DNA of 63,859 bases, from positions 1-63,859 of the forward strand of contig CDMY01000260.1 of NCBI GenBank assembly GCA_001179505.1, written 5' to 3'. The notes beneath the pieces are model-generated. The model saw only the letters and a program-made list of their open reading frames with translations. It had not been told where the DNA came from and did not search any database. This document shows positions 10,715 to 22,453 of this stretch, piece after piece (positions within the stretch are counted from its first letter, which is position 1; each line of letters opens with the position of its first letter). Position numbers and translations under genes: made by a program. This DNA comes from Vitrella brassicaformis CCMP3155 (Eukaryota; Protista; Chromerida).

Positions 10715-13700
10715 CTACCATCAGAAGGAAGCACACAGACGTGCAGGGCGATGCCTGAATGATGCCAGACATGTGTTATATGCGTCTCACCTGCGTGTTG
10801 TCTTCGCCCTCGTCTGTCGTGGTTCGAGTTGACAGCACACTGACGTCACCAGCCTCACCATCAGACACGTCAATCACGTCACCATCCACCTGATGGCAAA
10901 ACAGAGAACAACAAGATGAGCTGTGCACCGGCTGTCTTCTTTGTCTGTCTGACCTCTGGTACGTCGCTCAGCAGATCGTCAGCAGTGACGCTGCGTACGG
11001 GCTTGGCCGCGGACCGAGATGAGACCTGAATAGAGGACAAGACAAACAGCAGTGGCTGTACGGACTTCACTCGCCTCAACACATTGCTCACCACAGACGG
11101 GGCGCTCTTGAGAAAATGTGGATCATCGTTTCTCCTGGGGATCTGTTTGCGCCTTTCCCCGCTCTCCGTCCTCGTGTCCAGGGGATGCTGATGCTGAGGG
11201 AAACAAACACGCAATTGACTCCCTAATCCAGTTCCTCATTCTCAGCAGTTTACCTCCATAGTGTCAACGCTTTGCGAATGCTGCTCCGACTGCTGGTCAG
11301 CGGCACGACCAGCTGCGCCAGCTGGACGCGTGATCATCTGCAGAGCACAGAGGACATGAAGTGAGCCTTCTTTGTCTCTGCGATCTGGTGCACGACGCAT
11401 CTACCGGTTGGCCTGCTTCCATATCATCGCCGAGCCCCTCATCAATCGGCTCCATCTACACGACACACACTCATGCACCCGTGAATGTGTACCTGCATTC
11501 AACTGCGCCTACCAGGCTCTCAAGGGCAGGTTGAGCTCCGCACGGCGCAGCTGCAGCTGCGGAGGGAATCTCGCCAGACACTGAACAAGATGGCCGGCAC
11601 GATGTGTCTTGCGGGGAACCCTGATGCGCCCGCATGTCATCCGACTGCACGCACATCACACCCTCGGCATGAGACAGGTACAGAAATCCAGTCTCTCTCG
11701 CCTACTGTAAAGTCGTCAAGGATGTCTAAAGGAGATTGGAACCCTATAGCAGCAGCAGCACACGATGCAGGTACGTGCGGGCTCTCGCCGAACAACGAGC
11801 GTGATGGCGAATATCGGTTGGAACCGAAAGGGTCGTAGAGGTTGTTGGCCTCGTTGTCTTGGCTGGACGGCATGGGGCCGATCATGCGATCGATCGACAC
11901 AAGAGGCGGGGCGTCCTGCAGACCGTTCTCCTCGTTCCCATCATGTGCTGCTCCGGCTGCTGGTGGTGGTGGGAGGCCATCGTCTGGCGGCTGGTGTGCT
12001 CCTGCTGCTGCTTGTGGTGCAAGTGGGAGATAGGGCGGCTGTTGCGATTGCAGCTGCGGCGATCCATACTGCCATGGACCTACACCGACATTGCCGTTCA
12101 CCGGGCAGGTGCACTGGGGAGCGGCTGTGGGGTGCAGACCGGGCGAGTTCGCCGGCTGCTGGTAGGGAGGGACTGCTTGAGGGACCGGCGCATAGCCGTT
12201 CGTCGGACTCATGTACCCCCACCCATTGGCAGCGCCGCCATCACCATATGGGTGGCGCTGAAGGACTGCCTGAAGAGATGCTGGAGCGGACTGCCTGAAG
12301 AGATGCTCGCCATTCGGGTTGTCAAGTTCCGCCCGCACCCTTTCATCACATTCCTCGCCTCTTTCCTGACAAATCGACACGTGGAATCCACACAGACAGA
12401 CATGTGAAATCGCCACCTTACCCCTCGGTCACAGTCTTGTGGATAAAATGAAGGGGGAGGAAAAGTGCCGGCAGCAGGCCTGCACACACAGGGCAGTAGA
12501 CCCATAAACCAACTAATCGGAGATTCGTGATTCGTGGCTGCGTATTGCCTTACTGATGGTGTGGTGCCGGGGACGTCACGTGATGGCCGCGCTGCACGCT
12601 CGTGCCCATCGACAGGTAGCCGTCACCTTGGGGCTGTAGCGGACTGTTCTGCCAATACGCTGTCGGGTGATGGCGGGGAGGAAAGGGGGAATACAGACGA
12701 GAAACGTGTGACGGACCGTTGTGGGAAGGCGACTGAATCTCATGACGGTCCGTCAGTCGGCTCCCGTCAATTCGCTGGCAGGACCGGGGGTGCAGGTGCA
12801 CGGACCCGCCTGGGCTCGCGTGCCGAGGGGGCTGTATGGCCGTCGGGGGGTAAGCCATCGACGGGTGCCTCGGAGAAGGCTGTGTGGCATGCGTGGCAGC
12901 TTGGGGATGAAATGATGGCATGGGCCTTGCCCACAGGGGATGCCGTGTTGCTGCTGCTGCGCAAGTAGGGGGGCGGGGCGGGTGCATCGGACGGGGAGGA
13001 ATGGATGCTTCCCGTGAGCCAGCCACGTGTGGTGCGGCGCCGTGCTGTGAGAATGGCGTCGCTCGTGGCGGGCAGGGGACAGAAAGGCCTCTCGGCTGCG
13101 TCGTCATACGCCTCTCCCGGCGACGGCGGGCCTGGCAAAGCAATGGCAGATGGCGACCGACGTGTCTATTTGTGTGCTGCGTGTGGACGTGCGTACCTGT
13201 TTCTCTTTGTATTTCCGCATCTCTTCATGAGAAGGCCGCATCTCTTCATTAGAAGGCGTCATAGGCGCATCGCCCTTGGGCTCCGCCTTGTGCTTCTCGC
13301 GACGACGGCGGGACTGGTCTTGCTTGTATTTCCGCATCTCTTCGTGTGCGGGGGTCATGGGGGCGACGCCTTTGTGCTCGAGATGGAGGCGCACGGCCAC
13401 ACGCCACAGGCCTCTGCACCGGCACACAGCACACAGACACAGAGAGAGATGATGTACCGGCGGGTGTTTGAATTTGGTGTTGTTTTTCCGTCTTCTCACG
13501 TTTCGTATGCCATTCGCAGGAGGACGGGGATGGACGGGTTCTGGAGGGTCTTGCCCTTCTTGCCTGAACCAATCACAGAGAGAGAGCTTTCGTCGATGGC
13601 TCTGTCTGTGCGCCTCGCATCTCGCCGTGCTCACCGTGTCCGGACGCTCTGATGTAGTACCTCAGCAGCTCGCGGCCGGCCTCTCCCAGCGAGAACGATA

Positions 13701-15085
13701 TGCCGTCATAAAACTCAGGGATCTAATCCCGTCCACATACACACACGCACACACAGAGAGAGAGAGGCAATTAATACCTCTGTGGCCGTTTCGTCAGTGC
13801 AGTGCATGCCTTATGGGCGTCCTCAGTCACTCACTCACCTGCGCGTCAGGCGGGATGTCGTCTATCCTCAGGTACGACTCGACCGGCTGCGACACGATCT
13901 CATGAAAGCGCTGTTCAGTTGCACCAGCACCTGCGCCATTGCTGTCGGCCACTGTCATTGGCGGTGCCAGATGCGCCGCAGGACCGCCCATCTCTGGCGC
14001 GCCATATGCATACACAGGGAGGCCGAACGGAGGTGGTGGGTAGCTCTGTGGCTGCTGCTGCTGCTGCTGCTGTAGCTGCTGTTGCTGCTGTTGCTGGTGC
14101 ATGTTGTTGGTTTGGGCGTCATAGGGGTGGCCGTACATCGGTGTTGCTGATGGGGGAACGGGGGGATGGGCAGCCTGGTACTGCAACGGAAGGGCTGGTG
14201 GAGCAGTAGAGGCAGCAGCAGCAGCAGGAGAAGGCTGGTCTTGCGACGATATGGATGACACCCCTCTCAGCGACCCACTGTCGCCACTCCGTCTCGCAAT
14301 GCCCTCTTCCTCACAGTCGCTGTCCCTGCCGTTGCAAAGCAGCGACTCGCGCGGCAGGGAGTCACCGTTTGCCATGTCGTCACTCTCTGAACCAACACCA
14401 ACAGCAGCAGCACCGTGGCCGTCAGCCACTGGTGGGGGCGGAAACACCATGCCGCCCATCTGCAGTGGCACGGTGCCACAGCCGCCGAAATATTGGGTAC
14501 GGGGCGCATACACGGGAGGGCCGTACGGATGAGCCGACAGAAAGCCCTGTGGCTGCTGCTGCTGGTACGTGTCACAAGGCTGCCCGTACAGCGGTGCTGT
14601 TAGTGGTGGGGGAGCCTTGTGACGGGCAGCGGCACCAGCAGCGGCACCAGCCAAGGGCGGCTGTTCCTGCAATGGTATAGACGACACCCCCTTCAGCGAC
14701 CCACTGCCGCCCGTCGTCCCTTGAGCCATGGCCCACTTGCCCTTGATGCTCGGACCGCTCGACGACATCCGCAGACCATCACTGTCAAGGTCGCTGTCAC
14801 GACGGCCGTTGTGAAGGAGCGGGGGAGGTGACCTCATGGGCTCGGACTCGCGCGGCAGCGAGTCTGAACCGTTGGGCAGACCGTTGGCGTATGTGTGTGG
14901 GGGAGGGGGGAGGGGTGCCCGGTCTGCGGCTTGTGTGGGAGGGGGGAGGGGAGGGGGAGGGAATGACGGCCGCATCGCCCAGGGAGCCACGTGGGCGAAG
15001 GGGTTGCTCTGCAGCAAGGAAGCAAAACACACATAAGACAGATGATGAATGGATCTCCCGTGCTGTCTGTCTGGCTGGCTGTGCA

Positions 15086-15119
<34 letters not shown>

Positions 15120-16079
15120 TGATCTCTCACCCTTGAGCGAAATCGCGCCCCCATCGCGTCGGTATTGTGAGGATTGGTGGGCGGATGGGTGGGTGCACGT
15201 ATGGCAGCGGCAGCGGCAGCAGTGGGGGCCGAAGGGTCACTGAAAATGGCCTTGGCGGACGGATCATCCCCCGGGAGATCGCGAACTGTAAGCACATGCA
15301 TCGACACACATGTGCTTACAGTTCAGTGTCGTTGTCCTTGGCGCACCTTGTGAAGGCTCGATGGTCTTGCCGATGAGAGAGGGCGCCTCTGATGACGGAC
15401 GCAGCTTCTTCCTCAGCGATTCGTCATCCTTTCCCCCCCTGACATCTCCTCTCTGCTCCCTGAGCTGGACGAAGTAGAAGGGATCCGTCTCATCCAGCAC
15501 CGTCATGCGATCGTCATCTGCCATCTCCACCAGCACCAGCCGGAAGGGCACATGTGAATCGCGCCCTTTGGTGATGGCACGGTAAGGCATGTTGCCGCGG
15601 AGCTGCATCCCCACGTGGCTTCTGGAATCTTTTTGCCCGGAGATGGTCAGCAAGTCGTCGAAACTCCACGGCCCTTGGCTTTTGTCGCCGCCGTGGCCAT
15701 GGCTGCCAAAGCAACCCTGCTTTCCAGGGAATCCAAGAATGCCCGCCTTGTCCGTGTTCCTCTTCGGCGAGTCGGCCGGCTTCTTGGTTGCCTGAGAAGC
15801 CAAAAAGGCACAGGAATCATGAGAGCCTGAGGGCTCACATGACTCATTTCAAAGGCCCACCCAGAAGAAATAGTCGTCACGAGCCAGAAGGATGTTCAGC
15901 TTCTCTGCGCTAGCACTGCCAGTGCTCTCACCGGTTCTCTTCACGGAGATCTTGACTGACCACGGCGCGTTCGGTGTGCCTGGACGAATCAGCCATTGCC
16001 CGTCAAGTTTTTTCGCATCCGTTGATTTGATCTCCTCGCGCTCGTCGGGGTCAAGGTCGATGGAATACGCCATTTTCAT
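9334..16079 (-). CDS. Putative long gene: domain X - Pro/Gln-rich low-complexity linker - two TLDc-like domains (partner of ART1)
   Basis: Phase-consistent exon chain from MKMAYSIDLD (16079) via ORFs 15264..15803, 13827..15086, 13104..13634, 12550..13143 and 11637..12416, then small exons, to the TLDc exons. The weakest join is CA|GTAAGG at ~12552, which could instead be a TAA stop splitting this into two genes. Confidence 0.55.
13195..13375 (-). repeat. Coding tandem repeat KG(V/D)APMTPxxEEMRKYK(Q/E)
   Basis: Two copies plus a partial one are visible in ORF 13104..13634 and in the DNA (gtatttccgcatctcttc repeated). Confidence 0.8.
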
Positions 16080-16284
16080 CGAAAGATAAGCTACAGAGAC
16101 CCGACTCACCACGAGGAACAGGGCTCCCATGAAACCCTCTGTCAGTGGATCGAGGACGGAACGATAGAAGGCCTGGGCAGAAGGCCTTGACAGAAGGCCC
16201 GTCCTGTGACGATGGACAAGACGGCAGGCTTGCATTGCCAAAACGCGGCGAATTCGACGCGTTGTCGTGGTAGTTGTGTTGGTC

Positions 16285-16991
16285 ATGCTGCGCGGCGGAC
16301 GAGGTGGTGGATATGGACAGGGGTCGGGTGGACTTGGTCGTGGCGGCCGAGGAGGCGGTGAGTTTGGACCTGGTCCGGCTGGTCGGTGCTTCGTCTGCGG
16401 GAGCGTCATGAACCAGCTGCGAGATGGCCGTCGTCGCTGCCCATACCACGACCAACACTTCGCAACGGTCTACCACCAGACGAGTCTCAAAGGCTGGCTG
16501 GGCATCCGCGTATGCGAGGGAGGGAGGCGGGGGAGGCGAGAAGGGAGGGAGGTTTGCGCCAAATCATGCTGCCTGTGTGTCTATTTCCGTTCAGGAGGAT
16601 GGATACATCCATGGGAGCGTCAGTGACGGCATGATCTACGCCTCGCCCACACCGGAGAAGACCTTCTCCTGCGCTCGCCACAAGTACGACAGACACACAG
16701 ATCTGTATGCACCACGACCCTTCCTGCATCGTCTGCATTGTGTATGTGGTTAGGGGCATCATCCTGGAGATTTCCGTCCGCCGTTCCTACCTGGACTTCA
16801 CCTGCACCGAGCCTGGCAAGGTCCGCTTCAGCCCCAAAAAGGACTACAACATCAACAAGAGCGTCATGGTGGGCGATACCCCTGACTCCGTCCCTCACAG
16901 TCGCCAGTGGACCAACGAGCACATCCAGGTCAGACACCTGGTGGGATGCACCTGCGGATGCACCCCTAGCAGCGGTGGAAACGGGGTGTGA
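16285..16991 (+). CDS. ART1: small PARP-like ADP-ribosyltransferase-fold protein with RGG-rich N-terminus and C-x2-C-x13-C-x2-H motif (3 exons)
   Basis: Spliced: MLRGGRGGG...CFVCGSVMNQLRDGRRRCPYHDQHFATVYHQTSLKGWLGIR|EDGYIHGSVSDGMIYASPTPEKTFSCARHK|GIILEISVRR...RQWTNEHIQV. This gives YHQT, G.IYAS, G.ILE.SV and NEHI (cf. PARP FHGT, GIYFA, NEYIVY). Confidence 0.75.
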
Positions 16992-17849
16992 GGAGGGACA
17001 AGGAGGGGGAGGGGAGAGGAGAGGGGCTGGGGGATGGTAGCGTGGTGCTGGTGTGATTTTATCCATTCTCTTGGGTGTCCGTGTGCCTCGTGGGTCCATG
17101 TTCATGCATGCCCCTGTTTGTCTGGCTGAAGAAAACGGCACTGCAGGAGGTCTCATATATACTGTGTGTGTCTTTATGTGCACGAGGCAAATGGCCTCGT
17201 TTCTGTTTTGTCCCGCACGTCTTTTGCGTTTGTCGAGAGAGGGTGTCGCGTGTGTGTGTCGCGTGTTGGTCGATTCATGCACACAGCCCGGGCTGCCGAA
17301 GGCACTTGGGCGCCGTTTCTCTCGTGGTTGCGATGTGATGATTAGGCCGGCTTGCCTCTCGGCTGGATGGTGCTGATGTATATTTGTACACGACTGGATG
17401 GCTGGTTTTTGATTGAAGTGCGTTCCAACGAGGGCATGTAGGTAGCAACTCACCACCGTAAGCAGTGCTCACGTCTGTCTGTCTGTCTGTCTGTTGGTCT
17501 GTACGCACACATCTATCCGTCCACCCACACCTACGTGTTGAGTGCAATGTCCTTGTGTGAATGTGTGTATTTGCGTCTGTGTCACTTCTGTGTGCGCGGC
17601 TTGTGATCATGAGTCTGACAATCAGCTCACCCAGTCGGCTGCATCATCGATGCACTGGCTGGTGTGCCGATGTTGGCCCCGGTCACAGGCAGCGCATACA
17701 GGAGACACATGCACGTGTGCAAGACATTCCATGAGGACACGCAATTCAACGCCTTGTTTTTTAGTAGATCCGGTATCAGTAGACCGACATTCAGTCCGAG
17801 CATACGTACATCTGCACACACATCTGTCCGTCATCCTACCTACATCCCA

Positions 17850-18434
17850 ACATTCGGGCGGAGATTGACCGGCTCCTGTCGCTGGAGGGTCAGATACACC
17901 AGCGCATCGGCCGCCTGATGTGCTCTGGGACGGGCAGCACACGGGCCGCCTGACTGAGATGGGTAGTGTGCAAACGTTGCCCGACTCACTCACAGATAGG
18001 TGGATGTGCTCATGTGGTATGTCTGCGTCGACCGACTCGACTCGATGGATGTATGGGTGGTTAAATAAGACAGGTCAGTCACAGTGATGTCTGTCGAATG
18101 ATGATTGATGCGATTGTGACAACAAAGCCTTCCATGGGCATGTCCTCCTCATCGCATGCATTGTCTGTCCATGAGCATGTGTGACCTGTCTGTCTCTGTG
18201 CACGGTCTGTGACCATGGCACCACAGAGACGGACGGGTGGCACACGCACAGACACACCCACTCACTCACTCAGACCATGGCATCTCACACACCACACACA
18301 CACGCATCCTCTAGATAGAGAGACAACTCGCCACAGCTGCCACAGCTGTAGTGACCTGTCTCTCTTCCCACAATGCATGGAAACGTTACGACATGACACG
18401 GCACAACACACATGCACACGCACATGCATGCCCA
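17850..18434 (+). repeat. Direct repeat copy 2 (orphan 3' end of the bromo/chromo gene)
   Basis: Near-identical to 8514-9077 apart from a few substitutions at the 5' end and a short insertion near 18355. Confidence 0.95.
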
Positions 18435-18544
18435 ACGACGTGGGGTCTTGTGGCCTCGTTGGCGAGCTGGAAGGACTAGCCAGGCTGAGTGGCTTGAAGC
18501 GGACACCAGCCGCAGTCCACCGCCACCATGCAGCCAGATCCACG

Positions 18545-19182
18545 TCAGTGGTTGACTTCGATGTGGACGTGATTCCAGTCGGCCACGCTCAGCCACTGCT
18601 TCGTGGGCCCCACCTCGGCGAACGCCTCGATGTTGTAGTCTTTGTAGGGTCTGAAGCGCACCTTGCCAGGCCCAACGTCTTCCAGGTGGCAACAGCGGAC
18701 GGACAGCTTCAGGAGGACGCCGCTGCACACAACATACACAAAATGCACTCACGTGCGTGTCTGCACTCTGGCGTGGCTGTGGTGCCCACCGGTTGGTGGC
18801 GTAGTCGAACGTGGCCTCTGGTGTCGGCGAGGCGTAGATCCAGCCGTCACGGCTCGGCTTGAGGCTTTCCTCCTTCTGAAGGGAGACACACGCCCACGCA
18901 GGCAACACCATGACGCGAGACACCCCTCTCTCCCTCCCTCCCTCCCTCCCTCCCTCCTCGCCTTTCCCGCCTCTCTCCGTCACATACGCAGATCTTCCGC
19001 CGGTTTTCTCCATTTGTCTGGTGCCAGAGCGTTGCGAAGTGGTCGTCCTTGTTGTATTGGCGCGCGCCCAAGCTTTTGTCATGGGTGTAAGTGACGGTCT
19101 TGCAGATGACGGTCTTGGTGCTGAAACCACCACCTCTGCCGGATCCACCACCTTTGCCGCCACGGAAGCATTTGGGCGCCAT
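18545..19182 (-). CDS. ART2: PARP-like ADP-ribosyltransferase-fold paralog (3 exons), lacking the Zn motif
   Basis: MAPKCFRGGKGGGSGRGGG...DHFATLWHQTNGENRRKIC|KEESLKPSRDGWIYASPTPEATFDYATNR|GVLLKLSVRCC...PGKVRFRPYKDYNI...WNHVHIEV. Intron positions match ART1. Confidence 0.75.
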
Positions 19183-19417
19183 CTTTCAATTGTACAAGAC
19201 GAAAAGAGCGATGAGGGACGGACACGACAACGAGGAAGCACCGGTGCCGGCGGGAGCTGATCTTTTGCGACGGCTCCTCTCTCCATTTCACAGGTCATTG
19301 TCGCTTATTGGGTCTTCGTAGTCAGGCCTTGCTTCAGACCTGCTAGGGGCAGCGGTTCCCCAGGGGATCGCGTAAACTTCGAACAGAAGCAAGCATTCAG
19401 ATCGTGGGACAAGAAAC

Positions 19418-21698
19418 ATGACACAAAAGATCCTCTTAGATCAGCAGTAAGTGTCTGTAGTGACTCATCAGCGTGACATGTGTGTGCGTCTGTGTGCGTT
19501 TGTGTAGGCCAATGTATGCAATTGAGCTCGAGGACCCTCATGAACGCAACGGGGAGGTACTGTTAGGCAACAAGCTGTGCGCGAGGTGGCTTGAAGGCGC
19601 TGGCTGGCTCCTGAGTCCAGACTCCTACAATGCGCCATGGACAGTCAAGGTGCCACTGACGCGGACAGCGAGAAGCAATGCTGCACATGAGGGGGGCCGG
19701 CTGAACATTCTGCTGTGCGCATTCCGTGACAATGGCAACGTCCTCTATGAGGTGAGTGCGCAGGAAAGCCGCGTGGGGTGACTGCTGGGTTTTGCCTGTT
19801 TCCAGGTGACGGAAGCCCTGCAAGCATCCTCGGCTTCTGGCTACCTTCGCAATGGCGGTCGACGAGCGCTCCCATTGGCGGCTCCTTCGGCAGCTCAAGC
19901 TTCGGCCACACCGGGCCCTTCACCTTCGACGAGCTAAAAAACAAACATAAGAAGAAGATCAATGAAGCTTTATCGCACCCGCCCGATAGCGACAGCGTGG
20001 CCTACATGGACAACAATGACCTCCTCTGGCTGCAGCTGCGCGCCGCCGTGCCCCAGACGGTCTATCAGAGGGACAAGAAGGACAAGAGGCGTCCTGTGCC
20101 GTGCCGCCTGCTGGTGGCGCAGTGGGCAGGGGAGGGGCAGCCGAAGACGGTCCTGGCGGCAACGAAAGTGTTCTACTTCGTGCAACTCAACACGACTGCG
20201 GATGGACAGAGGAGACGGATAGATGACGAGGTGCTGAGGAGAGAGAACACATTCACTAGGGGAGTTCCCGATCTCATCGGTACGACCATCGAGCCATCCA
20301 GCGGTACGACACACCAAAGAGATGACGACATGCTGACACGTCTGTCTGTCCATCCATCTGCCTGCCTTTTGTGTGTTGTCAGTTCATCCTCTCCCGAGTG
20401 GTCGTGGTGCTCGTGAAGCTGCTCGGCAGAAGCATCGTGTGGCGCCCAAGGCACCACCACCACCACCACCACACCAACGTACCATCCTTCCCCGGCCCTC
20501 TTTCGGCATCATTCCGCGACACCCTTCCGATCCACGTATAAGTCTTCTTCCTGGCGTATTGGGAGGTCTGCCGCCTGTGAGTCCACTCTTAGCTAATCCA
20601 TGGATGGCTTCCTTCATGGCAAATGGCCTTCCCCTTGGTGTCCCTCATCCGACGAGTATGGCCACGAATCGGGCCCTCGAGGCCCTGCTCGGCTTCAACA
20701 TCAACGGCTTCACAGGAATCAAGGAAGGACACCAGCAGGTTACCATCTTCGTTGATGCTCGTCTTCCTTCGTCTTTGCCTCAGCGGTTGCTGAACCGACC
20801 TGCAGAAGCCCCAGTCGACGACGTGAACCGACAGGTACACACAACAGAGAATCCGACACAAGGCACTCGATATTCTCATCTTGTCTTTCTGTTCAGCCCC
20901 GAGCAGAGGCCCCTGGGTCAGCTGCAGCCACTGCCCGTCCACAGCTTTCAGCCCAGGCCCCCCCTTGCTCCTCACTCGAGAGTGAAAAGAGACCAAGTCG
21001 ACAGGTACGACGGTGCATCTGCTCACAACGCTCTTGATGTTGCCTATTTTCCCTGCAGGCCACGACTTGGCCAGAAGACGAGATGTGTCAAGGGATTGCG
21101 GACCACGACGGCAGCCCGAGAGTTTCTGGCCAGAGGGCTCCCCCGGCAGCTCACCATTCTACCGGAATGGCGGTAGGGGAAGGACAAGGGGATGGATGTG
21201 TAATGGATGTTTCGATGAATGTGTGTATGTATGTGTGTGCAGTCGCTGAACCCCACTTGTGCAGTGCGTCCCCAAGAAATACACACAAAGCATCCATACA
21301 TCACCTGTCTGCACGTCTCTTGTACTCAGGCTGTGGTCACCGGTCGGCTGCCGTTGTTAGTGGCTAGCTCAGCGACAACATCGGTCTCTCACTATTCGAC
21401 GCGTCCCCCCCACCCCCATCCCGCAACTAGGCCCCCCGCTTCACAGCCGGCGCCACATACAACGACGACGGTCGCGGTAGCACCACCGTACGCAGCAGCA
21501 CCAGCTGCAGCAGCTGCCATGGCGCATCCGCCGTCCCCACCCGCTCAGGGCGATACTGCCGTCCATGTTTGTCTTCCCCCTGTCTGCAGGCCTGCCAGTC
21601 CGTCTGTCCCTGAATCGGTGAGGGATATGGGGAACATGCCTACCCTTGTGCATCCTTGTTGGTCTTTGGTGGTAGGCGGGCGCCGAGGACTGGTATGA
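19418..21698 (+). CDS. Domain-X protein X2 with Pro-rich tail (partner of ART2)
   Basis: MTQKILLDQQ|PMYAIELED...NAPWTVKV...RLNILL and ILGF...GPFTFDEL...LQLR...VPCRLLV...FYFVQL...PDLIGTTIEPS align with X1 (NAPWSVKI, KLNILL, ILGF, GPWSFDDL, MQLR, VPFRLVL, FYFVQL, PSLIGKTIEPS). The 3' exons and stop are uncertain. Confidence 0.6.
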
Positions 21699-22453
21699 TA
21701 GCATTTGGGCGAGCAGCCAAAGGGTAACGCACCAAACGATTAGGTTTGCAATACTGTGCAGCAAATCAGCTCCATGTGTTGTGCGCCTGGCTGGCTGCAG
21801 AGCGCTACACATCCAGTGAACGACGATGGACCTGCCGCCGACCAGCAGTCAAGGCAGCACCAGGACAGCATCAGCACATTGAGTGTAAGCCAGCAGCGCA
21901 GGCAAATCGGGAATTGGATCATGCTGTGCATTGCGGTGTCTATTTGCCTCAGCATTGCCATCCAGAGGACACGAGAATGGAATATCGTTGCATATTTCCA
22001 GCGGATCTAAGCCTGCGGATCTTGACGACCATCATGAGGCATTTCTTCCCTAATCACGTATCCATCAGCATCGACGTGAGGCTTGGAGAGATCTTGATGG
22101 TCAGTATGAGCCATTTGCTCATACTGACCATCAAGATCACTCCAAGCAATGAATGCGTTCCAAGCAAGCGGCCCCGGGATTCCATTTTCCAGGGGTGGGG
22201 TGGGAAAAAGAAAAGCCGCTCGATGGCTGGAAGCGGAAGTTGATGTAGAAGGATTAGGACATCTCTATGATAGTGTTATAATTTGTTTTTCGGGCAGTGC
22301 GGCTCTTATAGCTGATGATGTGGACATGCTTGGCGTGGTTCAGACTTTTGTCTCTTGACATGTATGGAATGCATGATTGAAAGCAGGACAGAGCAAGTCG
22401 ATGGATGGGATGACGCCAATTGATGAACAAACCAGTCCCATGCATGTACACAT

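Noticed and set aside
12277-12322. 27-bp-period direct repeat (ggactgcctgaagagatgct x2), superficially CRISPR-like
   Set aside because: Only two copies, in-frame within a coding exon of a eukaryotic gene, with no cas genes.
21746-22243. 165-aa ORF downstream of X2
   Set aside because: No recognisable motif, no clear splice connection and no paralog; may be 3' UTR or chance.
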